This document shows positions 36,460-49,283 of a DNA stretch of 64,000 bases, in pieces. The notes under the pieces were generated by a model that saw nothing but the letters and a program-made list of their open reading frames with translations, was not told the origin of the DNA and searched no databases. The DNA lies in the NCBI GenBank assembly GCA_964016885.1, contig OZ024741.1, positions 360,034,001 through 360,098,000 on the forward strand, written 5' to 3'. This DNA is from Eledone cirrhosa (Eukaryota). The translations under genes and the position numbers were made by a program. How positions within the stretch are numbered: the stretch's first letter is position 1; each line of letters starts with the position of its first letter.

Positions 36460-39400
36460 TATAAATCTTTCTGGGTGGGCAATGACAACGGGTTGGGTGG
36501 TGTTGGTATACTATTAGCTGACAAATAGGTAGATAAGGTAAACTCAGTGAACAGAGGTAACGAAAGAATCATGAAACTCAGACTAGTGCTGAATAAAACA
36601 TATCACCTTATGCACCCCAATATGGGTTGCCAGACCGACTTCTGGATAGGTTTTATGAGTCCTTAATGTACATTACTGCCCTAACAAACAACAATGACAT
36701 TGCAAGAAAATTTAACGGACACGTTGGGAAACAACGTGACGGCTTCTATAGAGTCCATGGATGCTACGGGTTTGGCACAAGAAATGAAGAAGGCTTAAGA
36801 AGGCTTATAGAATTCTGTGACGCCAATGACATGTCGATATGTAACACAAACTTCAAAAAACCCGACAACCATCTGATTACCTATAGATCAGGGGAATATT
36901 CTAGTCAGGAAGATGTTATCCTTATGAGAGGACGAGATAGATGGACGGTTGTAAACACAAAAGCTTTCCCTGGTGAGGAATGTACCTTCCAACATAACTT
37001 AGTTGTCAGCGACCTCATTGTCAGAACTAGAGTTACTTGGAAACAGAAGACAACTTGGAGAAGAAAGATCTGGAAGCTGAAAAACCCCTCAGTCAGTAAT
37101 AGATTTAAAGATATCTTACTTAACACCTATGACAGTAACGAAGAACAGATAGAGACATTCAATGTAGAAGAGCACTGGGAGTTCCTAAAAAAAACTTACT
37201 AAAGGCGACAGACGAGATTTGTGGTTAGAGCAAGACCACAGGCAGGAGGAGAGTAACTTGGTGGTGGAACAATAAGGTAGATGAGGCAATTAAGGCTGCT
37301 AAGAGACAGACATGGAAAGAACGGAAGAACGGAAGAACGGGGTATGCAGGGTACATTACATAGAGACCAGGAGGGAAGCTAGGCGAAAAGTATACTTAGC
37401 TAGAAGGGAAGTGGAGAATAGAAAAATGAAGCCTGTTTTGCAACGTGAGGACCAGAAACAGGAGGTGTTCAGGATTGCGAGGCAGTGTGTTAGAGAAAAT
37501 TGTGATGTCATTGGAGAGAAGTGTGTCCGGAATGATAAAGGTGAGCTTGCCCTCAAGAGCCGAGAAGAAAGATGCGTGGAAGATCCATTATGAAAGATTA
37601 CTAAAAGAGGAGAATGCATGGGAGAAAGAGACCCTACCCCAAGTGGATCCTATAGAGGGACCAGCAGTACAAGTCAGCAACAGCGTAGTAAGTAAGGCAA
37701 TTAAAGATATGAAGACTAGGGAGGCAATCGGTCCATCGGGTATAGCTGCCGAGATGCTGAAAGCATCTGGATCGGTCGGACACACTACCACCACACGTAT
37801 TGTTAACCAGGTAATACAAGAAGGTGTCATACCAAAGGATTGGCGCAGCAGCATCATTGTCAACTGCTACAAGGATAAAGATGATGCACTAGATAGAGGA
37901 AACTATAGAGGTATAAAGCTGATGGACCAGGTTGTGAAAGTAACGGAAAGAGTTATAGCACAGTTGATTAATGACCGGGTAAAACTAAATGAGATGCAGT
38001 TTGGGTTTGTGCCAGGAAAAAGCACCACTGATGCTCTCTTCCTTGTGAGGCAGTTACAGGAAAAGTACCTACCTGACATTTGTCGTTCTGGAAAAAGCCT
38101 TCGCCAGAGCCCCGTGCTATAATCTGGTGGGGTCTTAGAAAACTAGGAGTAGATGAATGGCTTGTGAAAGCCGTACAAGCCATGTATAGGGGAGCAGTCA
38201 GCAAAGTTAGGGTTAATAATGAATATAGCGAGGAATTTAGTATACAGGTCGGTCTCCATCAGGGCACCGTTCTTAGCCCTCTCCTGATTATTATAGTATT
38301 GCAGGCTATAAATAGGAGTTTAAGACTGGATGCCCATGGGAACTTCTGTATGCGAATGATCTTACACTTACAGCTGAATCTATCGCGGAACTAGAGAAGA
38401 AATTCCAAACATGGAAGCAGGGACTAGAAAGAAAGGGTCGCAAAGTCAACTTGACAAAGACTAAGGTCCTCGTAAGAGAAAACAGAACCCAGATCCCCTC
38501 AGGGAAATGGCCTTGCTCAGTATGTAGGTACGGTGTAGGTAGGAATTTTACCCTCTGCCCCAAATGCAAACTATGGGCACACAAGAGATGTAGTGGGATC
38601 TCAGGAAGCTTAGTTAAGAATGTAGGCTTACATGTAGCAGCAGCTGCACCGAAACAGTAAGCAGCACACGGCCACATGAAACAAGCGCCATCAAAGTCTG
38701 GGAGGGCTCGGTAGAAACATTAGACAGCTTCTGCTACCTAGGTGACCGAATTAGCAGGGGAGGTGGGTGTTCAGAAAGTACAGTAGCCAGAGTAAGAACG
38801 GGATGGAAGAAGTTCACGGAGGTTCTACCACTGCTAGCTGCAAAAAGGTTTTTCCCTCAAAATGAAAGACAGACTGCATGATGCGTGCATACGAAGAGCA
38901 ATGTTACATGGTAGGGAGGCCTGGGTGCTGTGTGTGGATTAGAAAGAAACGAAGCTTGCATGCTCCGATGGATGTGTAATAGTAATATACGCAAATGAGA
39001 AATCATAAACGAATTGAGAGAAAGACTGAGCTTAAGAGGAATCAAATGCTGTGTGCAGGAGAGGAGGTTGCGTTGGTATGAACATGTGATGCGTATGACA
39101 GCTGCATAAAAAGGTGCAGAGCACTAAAAGTCGATGGAAGCCATGGAGTGGGGGAGACCCAAGAAGACCTGGGATGAGGTGATAAAAACTGACCTTACCC
39201 AATTGCACATCTCAAAGGCGATGACACAGGACCGAGACGTCTGGCGTTACGCAGTAATACGGAAAACCCGACTTCCCACGGGTACAGGCCAAAGCTGAAG
39301 CATATAGACAATATGGCCCCACCCCCTCCCACTACAAAGTGGTCGTGGAGGTGTCACGATAAAAAAGCACCCAGACCACACTGTAAAGTGGTTGTGTAGG

Positions 39401-39597
39401 TGCCACGGTACAAAAGAACCCAGTACTCACTGTAAATGAGGTTGGTATTAGGAAGGGCATCCAGCTGTAAAAATCAAGCCAGAATCAGTTCTTGTATGAG
39501 CAAGACATGGTCACCCAACCTGGCACTGCCCACAACAGGACAACTCATCTAACCCATGCTAGCGTGGAAGAATGGACGTAAAACGGTGATGATGATG

Positions 39598-39599
<2 letters not shown>
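36460..39599 (+). mobile_element. Near full-length RTE-clade LINE (APE + RT + Cys finger + 3' UTR ending in (GAT)n), many frameshifts
   Basis: FNGHVG, GFGTRNEEG, GPSGIAAEMLK, NYRGIKL, QFGFVPGKSTTDA, GLHQGTVLSPLL, LYANDL, WPCSVC...CKLWAHKRC, FCYLGD, and the tail aatggacgtaaaacggtgatgatgatga. Confidence 0.95.
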
Positions 39600-39654
<55 letters not shown>

Positions 39655-39770
39655 AATAGTAATAATAATAAATTTGAAGACTAAAATCCAAAGAGGGCTC
39701 GATAAGGAAAAATATATATCAAAGATATAAGAACCATAGAGCAAATATTTATTAAAATAACAGTATTTTA

Positions 39771-39823
<53 letters not shown>

Positions 39824-39946
39824 GGTAAACATTGATCTAATTCAATTCAAGCACTCAACGTACTTTTTCCACATAGGAGTGACGGAGTAAATATCGAATA
39901 AGGAAAAGCGAAGTAGTTTCAGATGTTCAAGTCCTTTAATAATAAT

Positions 39947-40020
39947 GCTGTGATATATATTTCAATGACGACACTGGCCACACTGTTCTGTGTGCGAGTG
40001 TCGTGTCATCATCAGACAGC
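39947..40020 (-). ncRNA. Minimal hammerhead ribozyme
   Basis: Minus strand: GCTGT-CTGATGA-TGAC-ACGACACT...AGTGTCGT-CATT-GAAA-TATATA-TC-ACAGC. Confidence 0.8.
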
Positions 40021-41448
40021 TTGTTACATAATAAGGTTATGTTTCCGAGGCAATCCAAATTGAATCGACATGGGAACGGATGAAATGCGTGCTTTTGGGT
40101 TTTTCATCCGTTCCCCTGTGAGTACCAATTCACCCCCACCGGTCTGCGCAGGCGCATGTCCGAAGGAAGTTGACCATTAGCTACCGCAGATTTCAACGAA
40201 ATTCGCTTAGTCAGTTCACCCTCTTAGCCACACAATGGCCCACCTAGGCCTGTACCATAGTTTACTGCTACCCATCCCGACTGTGGCAGTCAGCCGAAAG
40301 CCAGAGGGGATGGGAGAGTGTTAGTTTTTACAGGTCATAATACTACCTCTCACCTAGCGTGGACAGTACGACTGACCATCAACTCATAAGGGAAAATAAA
40401 CTTAATTCTAGGTATCATGGTTTTACATTGGAAGTTAAGAGTTGGAAATAAAAATTAAAATCCTAAATCAAATATCAGAAATTATAAATTAAACAATAAA
40501 TTAAACTTTCGGCAGGATAAATACGCGAAAACAAAAAATAAGATAAACCCCTATTTTCCTGCACCAAATCGCATTTGAACAGAAGCCCCCTCAATTCAAT
40601 CTATACATTGACAGATTGACAATCATATGGATCATTTTGCATATATGTACTCTGTGTTTTTGCATTTATTCATTATTGGTTCTTTTCTTTTGTGTACCTA
40701 ATGTCTATTTTTCTTTGATTTTGTTCCATGTGATGGAAATTATGACTGTGTACCAGATTGACTAATGCCTAGAATACTGTAGCTTACTCTCCGTTCTAAT
40801 GTACGGCACTGTCGTTCAATATGTGGATAGAGTAACTGTGACACTAGAACCCCTCTCAGAACTTCTTACTTAAACATCTCTCTCCATATTATTTACTCAC
40901 TTCAATCTATATTTTTTTACTCACCTCAATCCGAATTCTCACTTGAAAAATTTTTTAACTTTTAATTTCTAATTGTTTAATTTATAATTTCTGATATTTG
41001 ATTTAGGATTTTAATTTTTATTTCCAACTCTTAACTTCCAATGTAAAACCATGATACCTAGAATTAAGTTTATTTTCCCTTATGAGTTGATGGTCAGTCG
41101 TACTGTCCACGCTAGGTGAGAGGTAGTATTATGATCTGTAAAAACTAACACTCTCCCATCCCTTCTGGCTTTCGGCTGACTGCCACAGTCGGGATGGGTA
41201 GCAGTAAACTATGGTACAGGCCTAGGTGGGCCATTGTGTGGCTGAGAGGGTGAACTGACTAAGCGAATTTCGTTGAAATCTGCGGTAGCTAATGGTCAAC
41301 TTCCTTCGGACATGCGCCTGCGCAGACCGGTGGGGGTGAATTGGTACTCACAGGGGAACGGATGAAAAACCCAAAAGCACGCATTTCATCCGTTCCCATG
41401 TCGATTCAATTTGGATTGCCTCGGAAACATAACCTTATTATGTAACAA

Positions 41449-41522
41449 GCTGTCTGATGATGTCACGACACTCGCACACAGAACAGTGTGGTCAGTGTCG
41501 TCATTGAAATATATATCACAGC
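41449..41522 (+). ncRNA. Minimal hammerhead ribozyme (mirror copy)
   Basis: GCTGT-CTGATGA-TGTC-ACGACACT...AGTGTCGT-CATT-GAAA-TATATA-TC-ACAGC. Confidence 0.8.
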
Positions 41523-41691
41523 ATTATTATTAAAGGACTTGAACATCTGAAACTACTTCGCTTTTCCTTATTCTATATATATATATATATATTTATTAAA
41601 ATAACAGATTAAAGTTTAAGCAAAGAATCGCTGCTTTCACCCTCAACGGGATTTTAGTCTTCAAATTTATTATTATTAATATATATATAAA

Positions 41692-41995
41692 CAGTGTACC
41701 CCCGGCATTCGCGGTCCTGATTATTCGCGGAATTTACCTTAGAACCTAACTAATGATTATTCGTGGAAACCACCGCATATTCGCGAAATTGTAAATATCT
41801 TCCGCGATTTTTTAATGGCTTTTTTCGTGGCAATATATATTTTTTCTCGCTTTTTAACACTAAATTATTAATAACATATTTTACGTTATGTTTTGAAGTT
41901 TATAGGCATTTTTATGGACCACGTCCAATATTAGGGATTTTTCACTCTTCGCGGGTGCTCTAGGAACGTAACCGCCGCGAATACCGGGGCACAAC

Positions 41996-41997
<2 letters not shown>
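41692..41997. mobile_element. Tc1/mariner-pogo (Tigger-like) MITE
   Basis: TIRs CAGTGTACCCCCGGCATTCGCGG / CCGCGAATACCGGGGCACAACTG in a TA context. Confidence 0.75.
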
Positions 41998-42070
<73 letters not shown>

Positions 42071-42076
<6 letters not shown>

Positions 42077-42261
42077 AAAAGAGTCAAGACCCCGACGGCT
42101 GAGCTTCGGGCGTTTCGACAGCTAGATCCGAACTAGCTGTCGAAACGGCCGGAGCTCAGCCGTCGGGGTTCTGACTCTTTTTCTATTACCCACTCTACTA
42201 CCCTAAGTATCGATAACTCTGGTGCATTATGGTCCACCTGGTTTCTTACCACACTTTCTTT

Positions 42262-42265
<4 letters not shown>
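42071..42265. mobile_element. Fold-back fragment of the 17631-19010 pLTR family (palindrome ~42071-42187)
   Basis: gagtcaagaccccgacggctgagc...gtttcgacagctag / ctagctgtcgaaac...gctcagccgtcggggttctgactc. Only the hammerhead 3' halves are retained. Confidence 0.8.
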
Positions 42266-42303
<38 letters not shown>

Positions 42304-43289
42304 TACAATTTGTTGTCTTTACATCAGCACCTTTGATAGGTATTTTTCAATGAGAGGATAGTTAAATGTGTTTCTGCATTTAGATTCATGTTAATGTGGG
42401 TGTTTGGTGTTTCTAAGGCTTTAGTAATATTGTGAGATTTGGGTGTTTGTGTTAATTAAGTCTATTAATTAAGCAGCTATAGCTTGGTTTTATGAAGTAT
42501 TGTTAAATAACTTGTGAAACTGAAAGTGGTTGCTTATCAGTGAGAGAAGGTCCTTGCTATATTATTATTTTATCCTTTAACTAGTTTCCGTCATTCGACG
42601 GTAGTCATCCGGGGACACCGCCTTGAAGAGATACAGTTGACCACAGACCTGTTAACTCTCCCCGTCCAACGGGGAGATCTCCCACCCACTTTGGGATGCG
42701 TGGGAGATGTCTTCTCTTGTGAAAATGAGTATAGCTTTCATTATGTAAAATCTCTCCATTTGAGGAAACTACTACTTGAAATTCAAGCTAAAATCCAAAG
42801 TACTGTATCAATAGCAGAAGCACAACTGATCTCTAAATGAATAAAAACAAAGACAATTCAATTACAGCAATATTACCAATTTTATGTATCAAAACGTACG
42901 TCCTAATAAATAAAATCCATAAACAAGGTCACGTAGCTCTTATATATATATTTACACTTGGTCTTTTACTTGTATCCATCAAACTTTTGGCACTCGTTTG
43001 GGTAAAACTTTAGTTTCAAACATGTATTTGAAATAATATAAATTTGCCTCTGAAATTCCTGACGATTTTGTAACAGTGTTATTTCTACATATAGGGTGAT
43101 ACATTGACCCACAAATGTTAACTGTTATCCTTGAAATAATAGGGGTTGACTTTTAAACGAGGTCTATGAAAAATTCTAGATTTCTTTGCTAAAAATAGGA
43201 GGTCGATTTTTACATGAGATCGACTATTACTCGAGTATATACGGTGTATATATGCCCGAAAATTATCTATACAACTTTTGTTTGTCATT

Positions 43290-43345
43290 AAACAACATCA
43301 GGTACATTTTAAACTCTTTATTATTGTTTTTAGTATTAATTTTCC

Positions 43346-43382
<37 letters not shown>

Positions 43383-43562
43383 CAGGATGTCCCCCACAAA
43401 AATGTATACATACTTTGATTACCTGTATAGGCAATATTTATTAGAATGCTGTTGAAGTGTGTATACATTTTCAGGGAACATCCTGTATATATATGTATAT
43501 ATATATGGAAAATTAATACTAAAAACAATAATAAAGAATTAAAAATGTACCTGATGTTGTTT
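43290..43562. repeat. Palindromic element with an inner mariner-like MITE (TACAGGATGTCCC / GGGAACATCCTGTA)
   Basis: The outer arms aaacaacatcaggtac...ttttccatata and their reverse complement enclose the inner TIR pair at 43381-43486. Confidence 0.8.
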
Positions 43563-44250
43563 ATATATACATGTAAATTTACAGCTCACAACGAAAATAA
43601 ATTAGGTCATACGAACTAAACTATGGTTGCTTAAAGGGAATGCAGAAATAACTATAGTTATCTAATTTGTTTTTGTACTGATCGGTATCAGCAATAGGTA
43701 GCTTCTTAAAGTTTTATTTTCAAATTTATATTTATTCTGGTATAGTGGATTACCTATTTACCAAATCCTACCTTTTAATCCTATTGGTTTTTTTAATATA
43801 TTTATATAACCTTTTGAAATCAAAATAAGTATTTATTCTTTTTCTTTAATGTCAAATAAGGTAAAATATGCCGTGGAAGGCGTTTTAAAATATTGTTCTT
43901 ATGGGACATCATACGGCCCAGTAATATGTGTTATTGACAATGCGTTTAGTTTTCTAGTAGGAACTATTTCTTCTTAAATGGTTATGATTATGATGATGAT
44001 TATGACTATCCTTGTCTTTAAAACATTGTTGTCCATTCTAGCTACACAACTAATCCTGGCGAAGCATGTGAGGAAAACAAAAAGATTGTTCTTTCCTAGT
44101 ATATTGTGGGTGGTAAGTTTTCCATGAGGACTTGTTCTCTTTTTTCCCACATTCAATTACTGTTTAGAATAATTTCACACATTTTACACAATTTCAGTCA
44201 ATTCTCGGCATGTTGTCGATACTTGTTGACAATACTTGATGACGCAGTTC

Positions 44251-45357
44251 TCAAGCTTTTTTCTTTCTTAATGATTTCGGAGCAAGTTTATGAAAACGTG
44301 ATATTTTGAACCGGTTGTTTCCACTGGATACTTGAAGTTCCTGCATACGTCTAGTCATATCTTGAAGTATAATTGATTGCCTTGCAGAAATCCTTGAAGC
44401 AGCTGACCACCCATGCGTTACCACGGCACTGAACATCTGTAACCTGTTCAAGACATCTTTTCTCAAAGGATTGCTTAATACATGTTCAAAGTGCGAAAGC
44501 TGAAGTAAGATACGAAGTTCTTGTCTGTCCCGACCAGACAAAAACCTCGAGTCTAATTTTTGTTTTACGTACGTCGATAAAGTTTGAATATTGGAGAACT
44601 GATGAGCGGTTTTCTCTTGGACCTGTGGTGATCCTTGACCGCTTCCATTCTGAACAGTTGAACCATAGTGAATTGTTTGATTGCGGCTGAGACTAGACTT
44701 TTGAGAAAACTGAACTGACAAACTCGATGAGGGTCGGCTACCATGACTCAGTGAAGGAGAGTTGGAATGACTGATTTCTGAGCTGTATAATGTCATACTA
44801 TTGTGTCCAGTTTGACTTTCTTCTTGTGCCTGGATATTTGATGACTCAATCGGTGTTGATGGGCGCGAGTCCAGACGGGAAGTGACTGGAGGAGAATTTG
44901 CCTGGTTATTTATGAGCCATTCATATTTTATTTGGTTAACAGCTGAACGGTCATAGCAAGTAGTACGAGATTTTGTCGGAGTTCTGTTGGCGCTCGATGA
45001 CAGCTGGCTGCAACTTTGCTGAACAGTCGTCCTATTTGTTGATGCGGTGGCCTCAGTACATATCGAGTCAGTGATTGAATCTCGTCTATATTGCACTCGG
45101 TCAATACTTTGTCTAACGATATGTCGGAAGACTTGATCCAACTTAGATTCCAGAGAAGAGAGACGGAGCTGTTGGATAGGGCTCAACTGTATTAAAACAC
45201 GGTCTAACTTGCTTTCTAATGCTGTCAGACGAACTTGCTGAATAGGGTTTAGACGTTGAAGAACTTGATCAAGCTTTGCTTCAACATTAGACAAACGTAT
45301 GTTCGTTTGAGCTTGTTCTTCTTGTAATTCAATAATTCGTGACACATCTGAATACAT
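44251..45357 (-). CDS. Uncharacterised 368-aa protein: N-terminal coiled coil (3 x 21-aa repeat), Ser/Gln-rich linker, helical C-terminal domain, basic tail
   Basis: Uninterrupted 1.1-kb ORF in AT-rich DNA with AAAAATG start context. There is a likely upstream splice acceptor (ttttacag|, exon from 45692) and AATAAA signals at 43832, 43731 and 43714. Confidence 0.75.
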   Translation of the reverse strand: MYSDVSRIIELQEEQAQTNIRLSNVEAKLDQVLQRLNPIQQVRLTALESKLDRVLIQLSPIQQLRLSSLESKLDQVFRHIVRQSIDRVQYRRDSITDSICTEATASTNRTTVQQSCSQLSSSANRTPTKSRTTCYDRSAVNQIKYEWLINNQANSPPVTSRLDSRPSTPIESSNIQAQEESQTGHNSMTLYSSEISHSNSPSLSHGSRPSSSLSVQFSQKSSLSRNQTIHYGSTVQNGSGQGSPQVQEKTAHQFSNIQTLSTYVKQKLDSRFLSGRDRQELRILLQLSHFEHVLSNPLRKDVLNRLQMFSAVVTHGWSAASRISARQSIILQDMTRRMQELQVSSGNNRFKISRFHKLAPKSLRKKKA

Positions 45358-45421
45358 TTTTATATTTTTGATGCTGTTGTTGTTGTTAGCAGCAATAGTA
45401 GTACTATTAGCAGCAGCAGCT

Positions 45422-45465
<44 letters not shown>

Positions 45466-45739
45466 GGTGGTGGTGGTGGTTGTGGTACAGCTGCTGTTAC
45501 ATTGGTGGTAGTGTTTGTACTGTTACTGCTGCTGCTACTACAATGGCAGTCTTGTTTAACGTACCTCAATATTTATTACTGCAATTATAGCAGGCATTAT
45601 TCCAATCGTTATATCTATAGTTGTTATAGTTATTATTGTTGTTTTGGTTGTTATTGTCCTTGTTCTATCTCAGTTTATACACCAATCGGTATCTGTAAAA
45701 TATAAAAAAAATTGAATGTTTAAGAAATTTATGTTATAA

Positions 45740-46764
45740 CTAGCTCATGTACCCAGCTTCGCCCGGGTAAACATGATAAGAGAAGACAGGTAGAACAGAA
45801 AATGACTGTATTGGATGTTTGTTTGGTTTACAGTATGAGGCGAGACCGTGGTGTGTGTGTGTGTGTGTGCTACAAATAAACAAACAGTAAAAAAATCTTC
45901 CAGATACACCAGATTCTTCGTTTTTTCTGTTAGTGCGTAATATATGAAGATTTCTAGGTGTTCCTACTCGTGAACAACCTACATATGGGTAAAAACCGAT
46001 TCTCTCATATTCAATTCTACAACTTTGAGACTTTGAGCCTGAGCTTTATTTATGGTCATAGCAAAACTGGCTCAAACTGAAATCTTGAGAATTTGAACGG
46101 CAGCTCGGTTAAGGAAGGGATAAGAGGAATCTTGAGAATAAATGCATTTTCTCTTTGATGATTGCCTCCAAGAATAGTGACCTCTAGGAGATGGTACCTC
46201 ATCCGCCTGACTGTAAAATGTGTACCATTGCATAGAAGTAGCGGGTCTACGTTTCTCAAAAGGACGATGGAAGTTCCAATATAGTATATTATATATATAT
46301 AGACATAGATAATTGTATATGATTGTGTATGTGTGCGCGCAAACTAGCGTTTCAATCGGAGACGCTGGCCCCGAAACATTTATGCACATGTTTGTGTGTG
46401 TTTAATTCTCTTGTTTGTGTATCTGATTAAGTATTTACGTGAAGATGTATGTGTATGTAACTTACTAAAGCGTAACGTACGTAACGAACGCGCAAACATA
46501 CACACGCTCACAGACACATACACACTGATATACAAAATGTGACGTCGTCGTCGTGTTATAAAATATCCGTTTACTTATAGTGGTCTATAGTAGATAATTT
46601 TAGATAAAGTGTTATATTGCTTTAATCCAAATAAAAATAAAAATTATATGTTGACACTCCCTGGGTCAAATACCTTGTAAAATTTGATTTGATTTGGTTG
46701 ATCCATTTGGGAATAAATAAGGAAGAGACAGACAGAGAGACAAAGAATTATATATATATATAGA
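45740..46764 (-). mobile_element. Internally deleted Helitron with a Pif1 helicase remnant
   Basis: The minus-strand 3' end has the hairpin TACCCGGGCGAAGCTGGGTA followed by CTAG|T, and the 5' end is TCTATATATAT. Internal peptides are RNVDPLLLCNGT...IPLIPSLTELPFKFSRFQF and YVGCSRVGT. Confidence 0.85.
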
Positions 46765-47500
46765 AATTGTTGTACTGGTACTTTTGTCCGTCTGTCATAT
46801 ACGAACGCTAGAAGCTCACAAAATTGTTCTAAAAATTCTGTTTAGAAGTCTTGAAATACTATTAATAGTGTAGCGAAATTATTCCAGCTACAAAACCTAG
46901 GCTAAAATAACGATAACGCCATCACCAGAAATAGCTATCATAAAACCAATGGGTATTTAAGCCTAGCTAAAATTCAATTTGGCCATTTTCTCTGCCCTGT
47001 TCGTTCTCAGACACTGGACTAGAGGCTTCAGTTGTGACAGTCACCAATAATCAGTGCTGCCAAAGTCAAGGCAGCTATTCACAAATTCCAACATATCGCC
47101 ACAAAATACTTTTATCTCTGGATACTACATTTAGTAACCTGTTGACGAAACACACTCTGTTATCTCAAACCTTTCATGTATTCTGGTTGTGATATATTTT
47201 GCTGCGTGGTGTCGTTATATACCATGAAACAAATAAAAATATCAAAATTAGTCGTTTGGTTTCCTTGTTAGCCTGTCTCAATTAATTATTGGTTCTTGTT
47301 GATTATCAACCATACCGACCAACTCATACAATACGACAAAACATCGACCAACATTTCATCAACTTCAACTACATATCTGTAAAATGGCAACCACCAACAT
47401 ACCGAACTTTCTGGCCAGGAAGTAATGTAGTGAAATTATCATGGGTAAATCTGCAAATATTGAAAGGCAGACGAAAATAACTATACCTTCAAAACAGGAA

Positions 47501-49283
47501 TGTGGGGTTGGGGTGCCGGAGGGCAGGGGAGATATTTCCAGAAGCGAGGGTCCAGTGACGTGACATCAACAATTCACGAGTCTTTCGCACTCTCCTTGAT
47601 CAGAAAGCGGTACCGCGTGGAAGTGCATGTTCATAAGTGCTATGATTGTGTGTGAGAGGCTCGCTATATTCTTTGGTTGGATGTAAAACAGGTGAGCATC
47701 TGCACAGGGAGATTCAGTCAGGACACGAGTGGAGATGTAAAGGTAGGTCTCTTTGTTCCTTACAACAAGTTATTTCAGCTAGCGTAGCCAACCTCTCGAT
47801 TTCTGCTGTAATTACGTCCACCTGCTTCCTACCCTCTCACTTTGCTTAGCTTGGCAAAAGCAGCATAGCGCTAGGGGTCGCTCTGGAAATAGGGGGTGTC
47901 TAAATCAAGGACGTAGCCTGGCTCAGGAAGAAGGAGGACTGTAACCACATCAACGTGACCGAATTGGACGCCGTGCTGAGGAGAGTGAATCTCGCCTGAG
48001 ATGGCGGCTGCGTTACCATAGAGATTCGTACTGATTTGGCCACTGTTCTCGGATGGGTTAGACTAGTGCTTACCTGTGAGGAGAGGGGCGGCAGAAATGT
48101 TAATAAAATGCTGTCTGGGAACTCTGGGAAACCTGGTTGCTGAGTTTGGCCTAAAGTTGAGTGTAGCCTTTGTGCCCTCGGAGAAAAATAGGGTGGACAT
48201 CCTAACCAGGGTGAAGAAAGCCTGGCTGGAAGCGCCAGCGGGTGCGGAAAAGGGGATAGCTGCAGTGTGTTGGCTGAGTGACTTGGAGTTGTATACCATG
48301 CATCATATGGGAGTGGGTAGGAGCCTGTTCCTAGTCAACTCCGACGTTACCAGACAGAGTGTCCACAAAGTGGTCGGCAGTTGCGACACATGTCAGTCTA
48401 TTGAACCTGCCCCGGACGTGCGTGTGATGGGTAACATCCCAGTGGAACACAACTGGAAGTGATTGGCACATGTGACATACTACCAACAGGGGACATATCT
48501 CTCAATAGTCAATTGCGACCGAGGTAGATGGCAATATGGAGGGAGATGGAGACGGTACTGCGGAGAAAATTGCACAGATGCTGAAAAAGATATTCTTGGA
48601 GCGGGGCCCCGTGGATGAACTATTGAAGAATATCAGCACAGCATTTTGCTCGGAGATGCTGAAGGAGATGTTTGATAGGTGGAATGTAAGCCGCTTTTTA
48701 GAGCGGTGTACAGGCTGAGTGGAAATGGGATCGTGGAGAGACACCATCACGTGATCAAGGCCATGGCAGAGAGGGGACACATTTCACCAATGGATGCAGT
48801 GATCTGGTATAACATTTCTCCTCGGGTGGGATTGGCCGAGGAGTGGATAGCACATGGGATGATATAGAGTTATGAATGGCGACATCCATGCATGTTATTA
48901 CAACAACGTATGGAAGAGAGAGAATGCATTCGTAGAAGTGGGCGAAGAAGTCTCGGTCAAGCCCCTGAATGCGTGTTGCAGATCTCAATGGAGAAAGGGA
49001 GCGGTTACTGTTGTAAATTACCGAAACAATGTCTCTGTGGATGGAATGTCACAATACATGTTGGATGTCTGTTGAGTCATTGATTTGACAGACTTCAGAG
49101 AGAGGAGTTGAAAGTGCTGCGCCAAATGTGAGGAGTTCGCAACGGGAGTGCCCTTTATCCAGGTGGATGATGGACTTTGACATAGAGTGATACGATGGGT
49201 GATTGATCCTTGGTGTCAGGGGAGGAGAGTAGGGTGCCCGAAGTACAAGGGAGGTCTTTCCGGAAGCGAGGGTCAGGTGACGT
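47501..49283 (+). mobile_element. Degenerate, internally deleted Ty3/Gypsy LTR retrotransposon (RNase H + integrase remnants)
   Basis: HINVTELDAVL...IRTD (RNase H), HHMGV..CDTCQ (HHCC) and SGNGIVERHH..IK (integrase). A PPT aggggaggagag lies at 49218-49229. The LTR-start sequence ttcc[a/g]gaagcgagggtc..gtgacgt occurs at both 47536 and 49258. Confidence 0.85.

Larger units (their letters stand above)
39896..41573. repeat. Inverted repeat with ~600-bp near-identical arms (39896-40497 / 40972-41573) and a ~475-bp spacer; Penelope-type inverted pLTRs in (TA)n
   Basis: Arm coordinates sum to 81469 at the points checked, and each arm carries a hammerhead. Confidence 0.92.
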
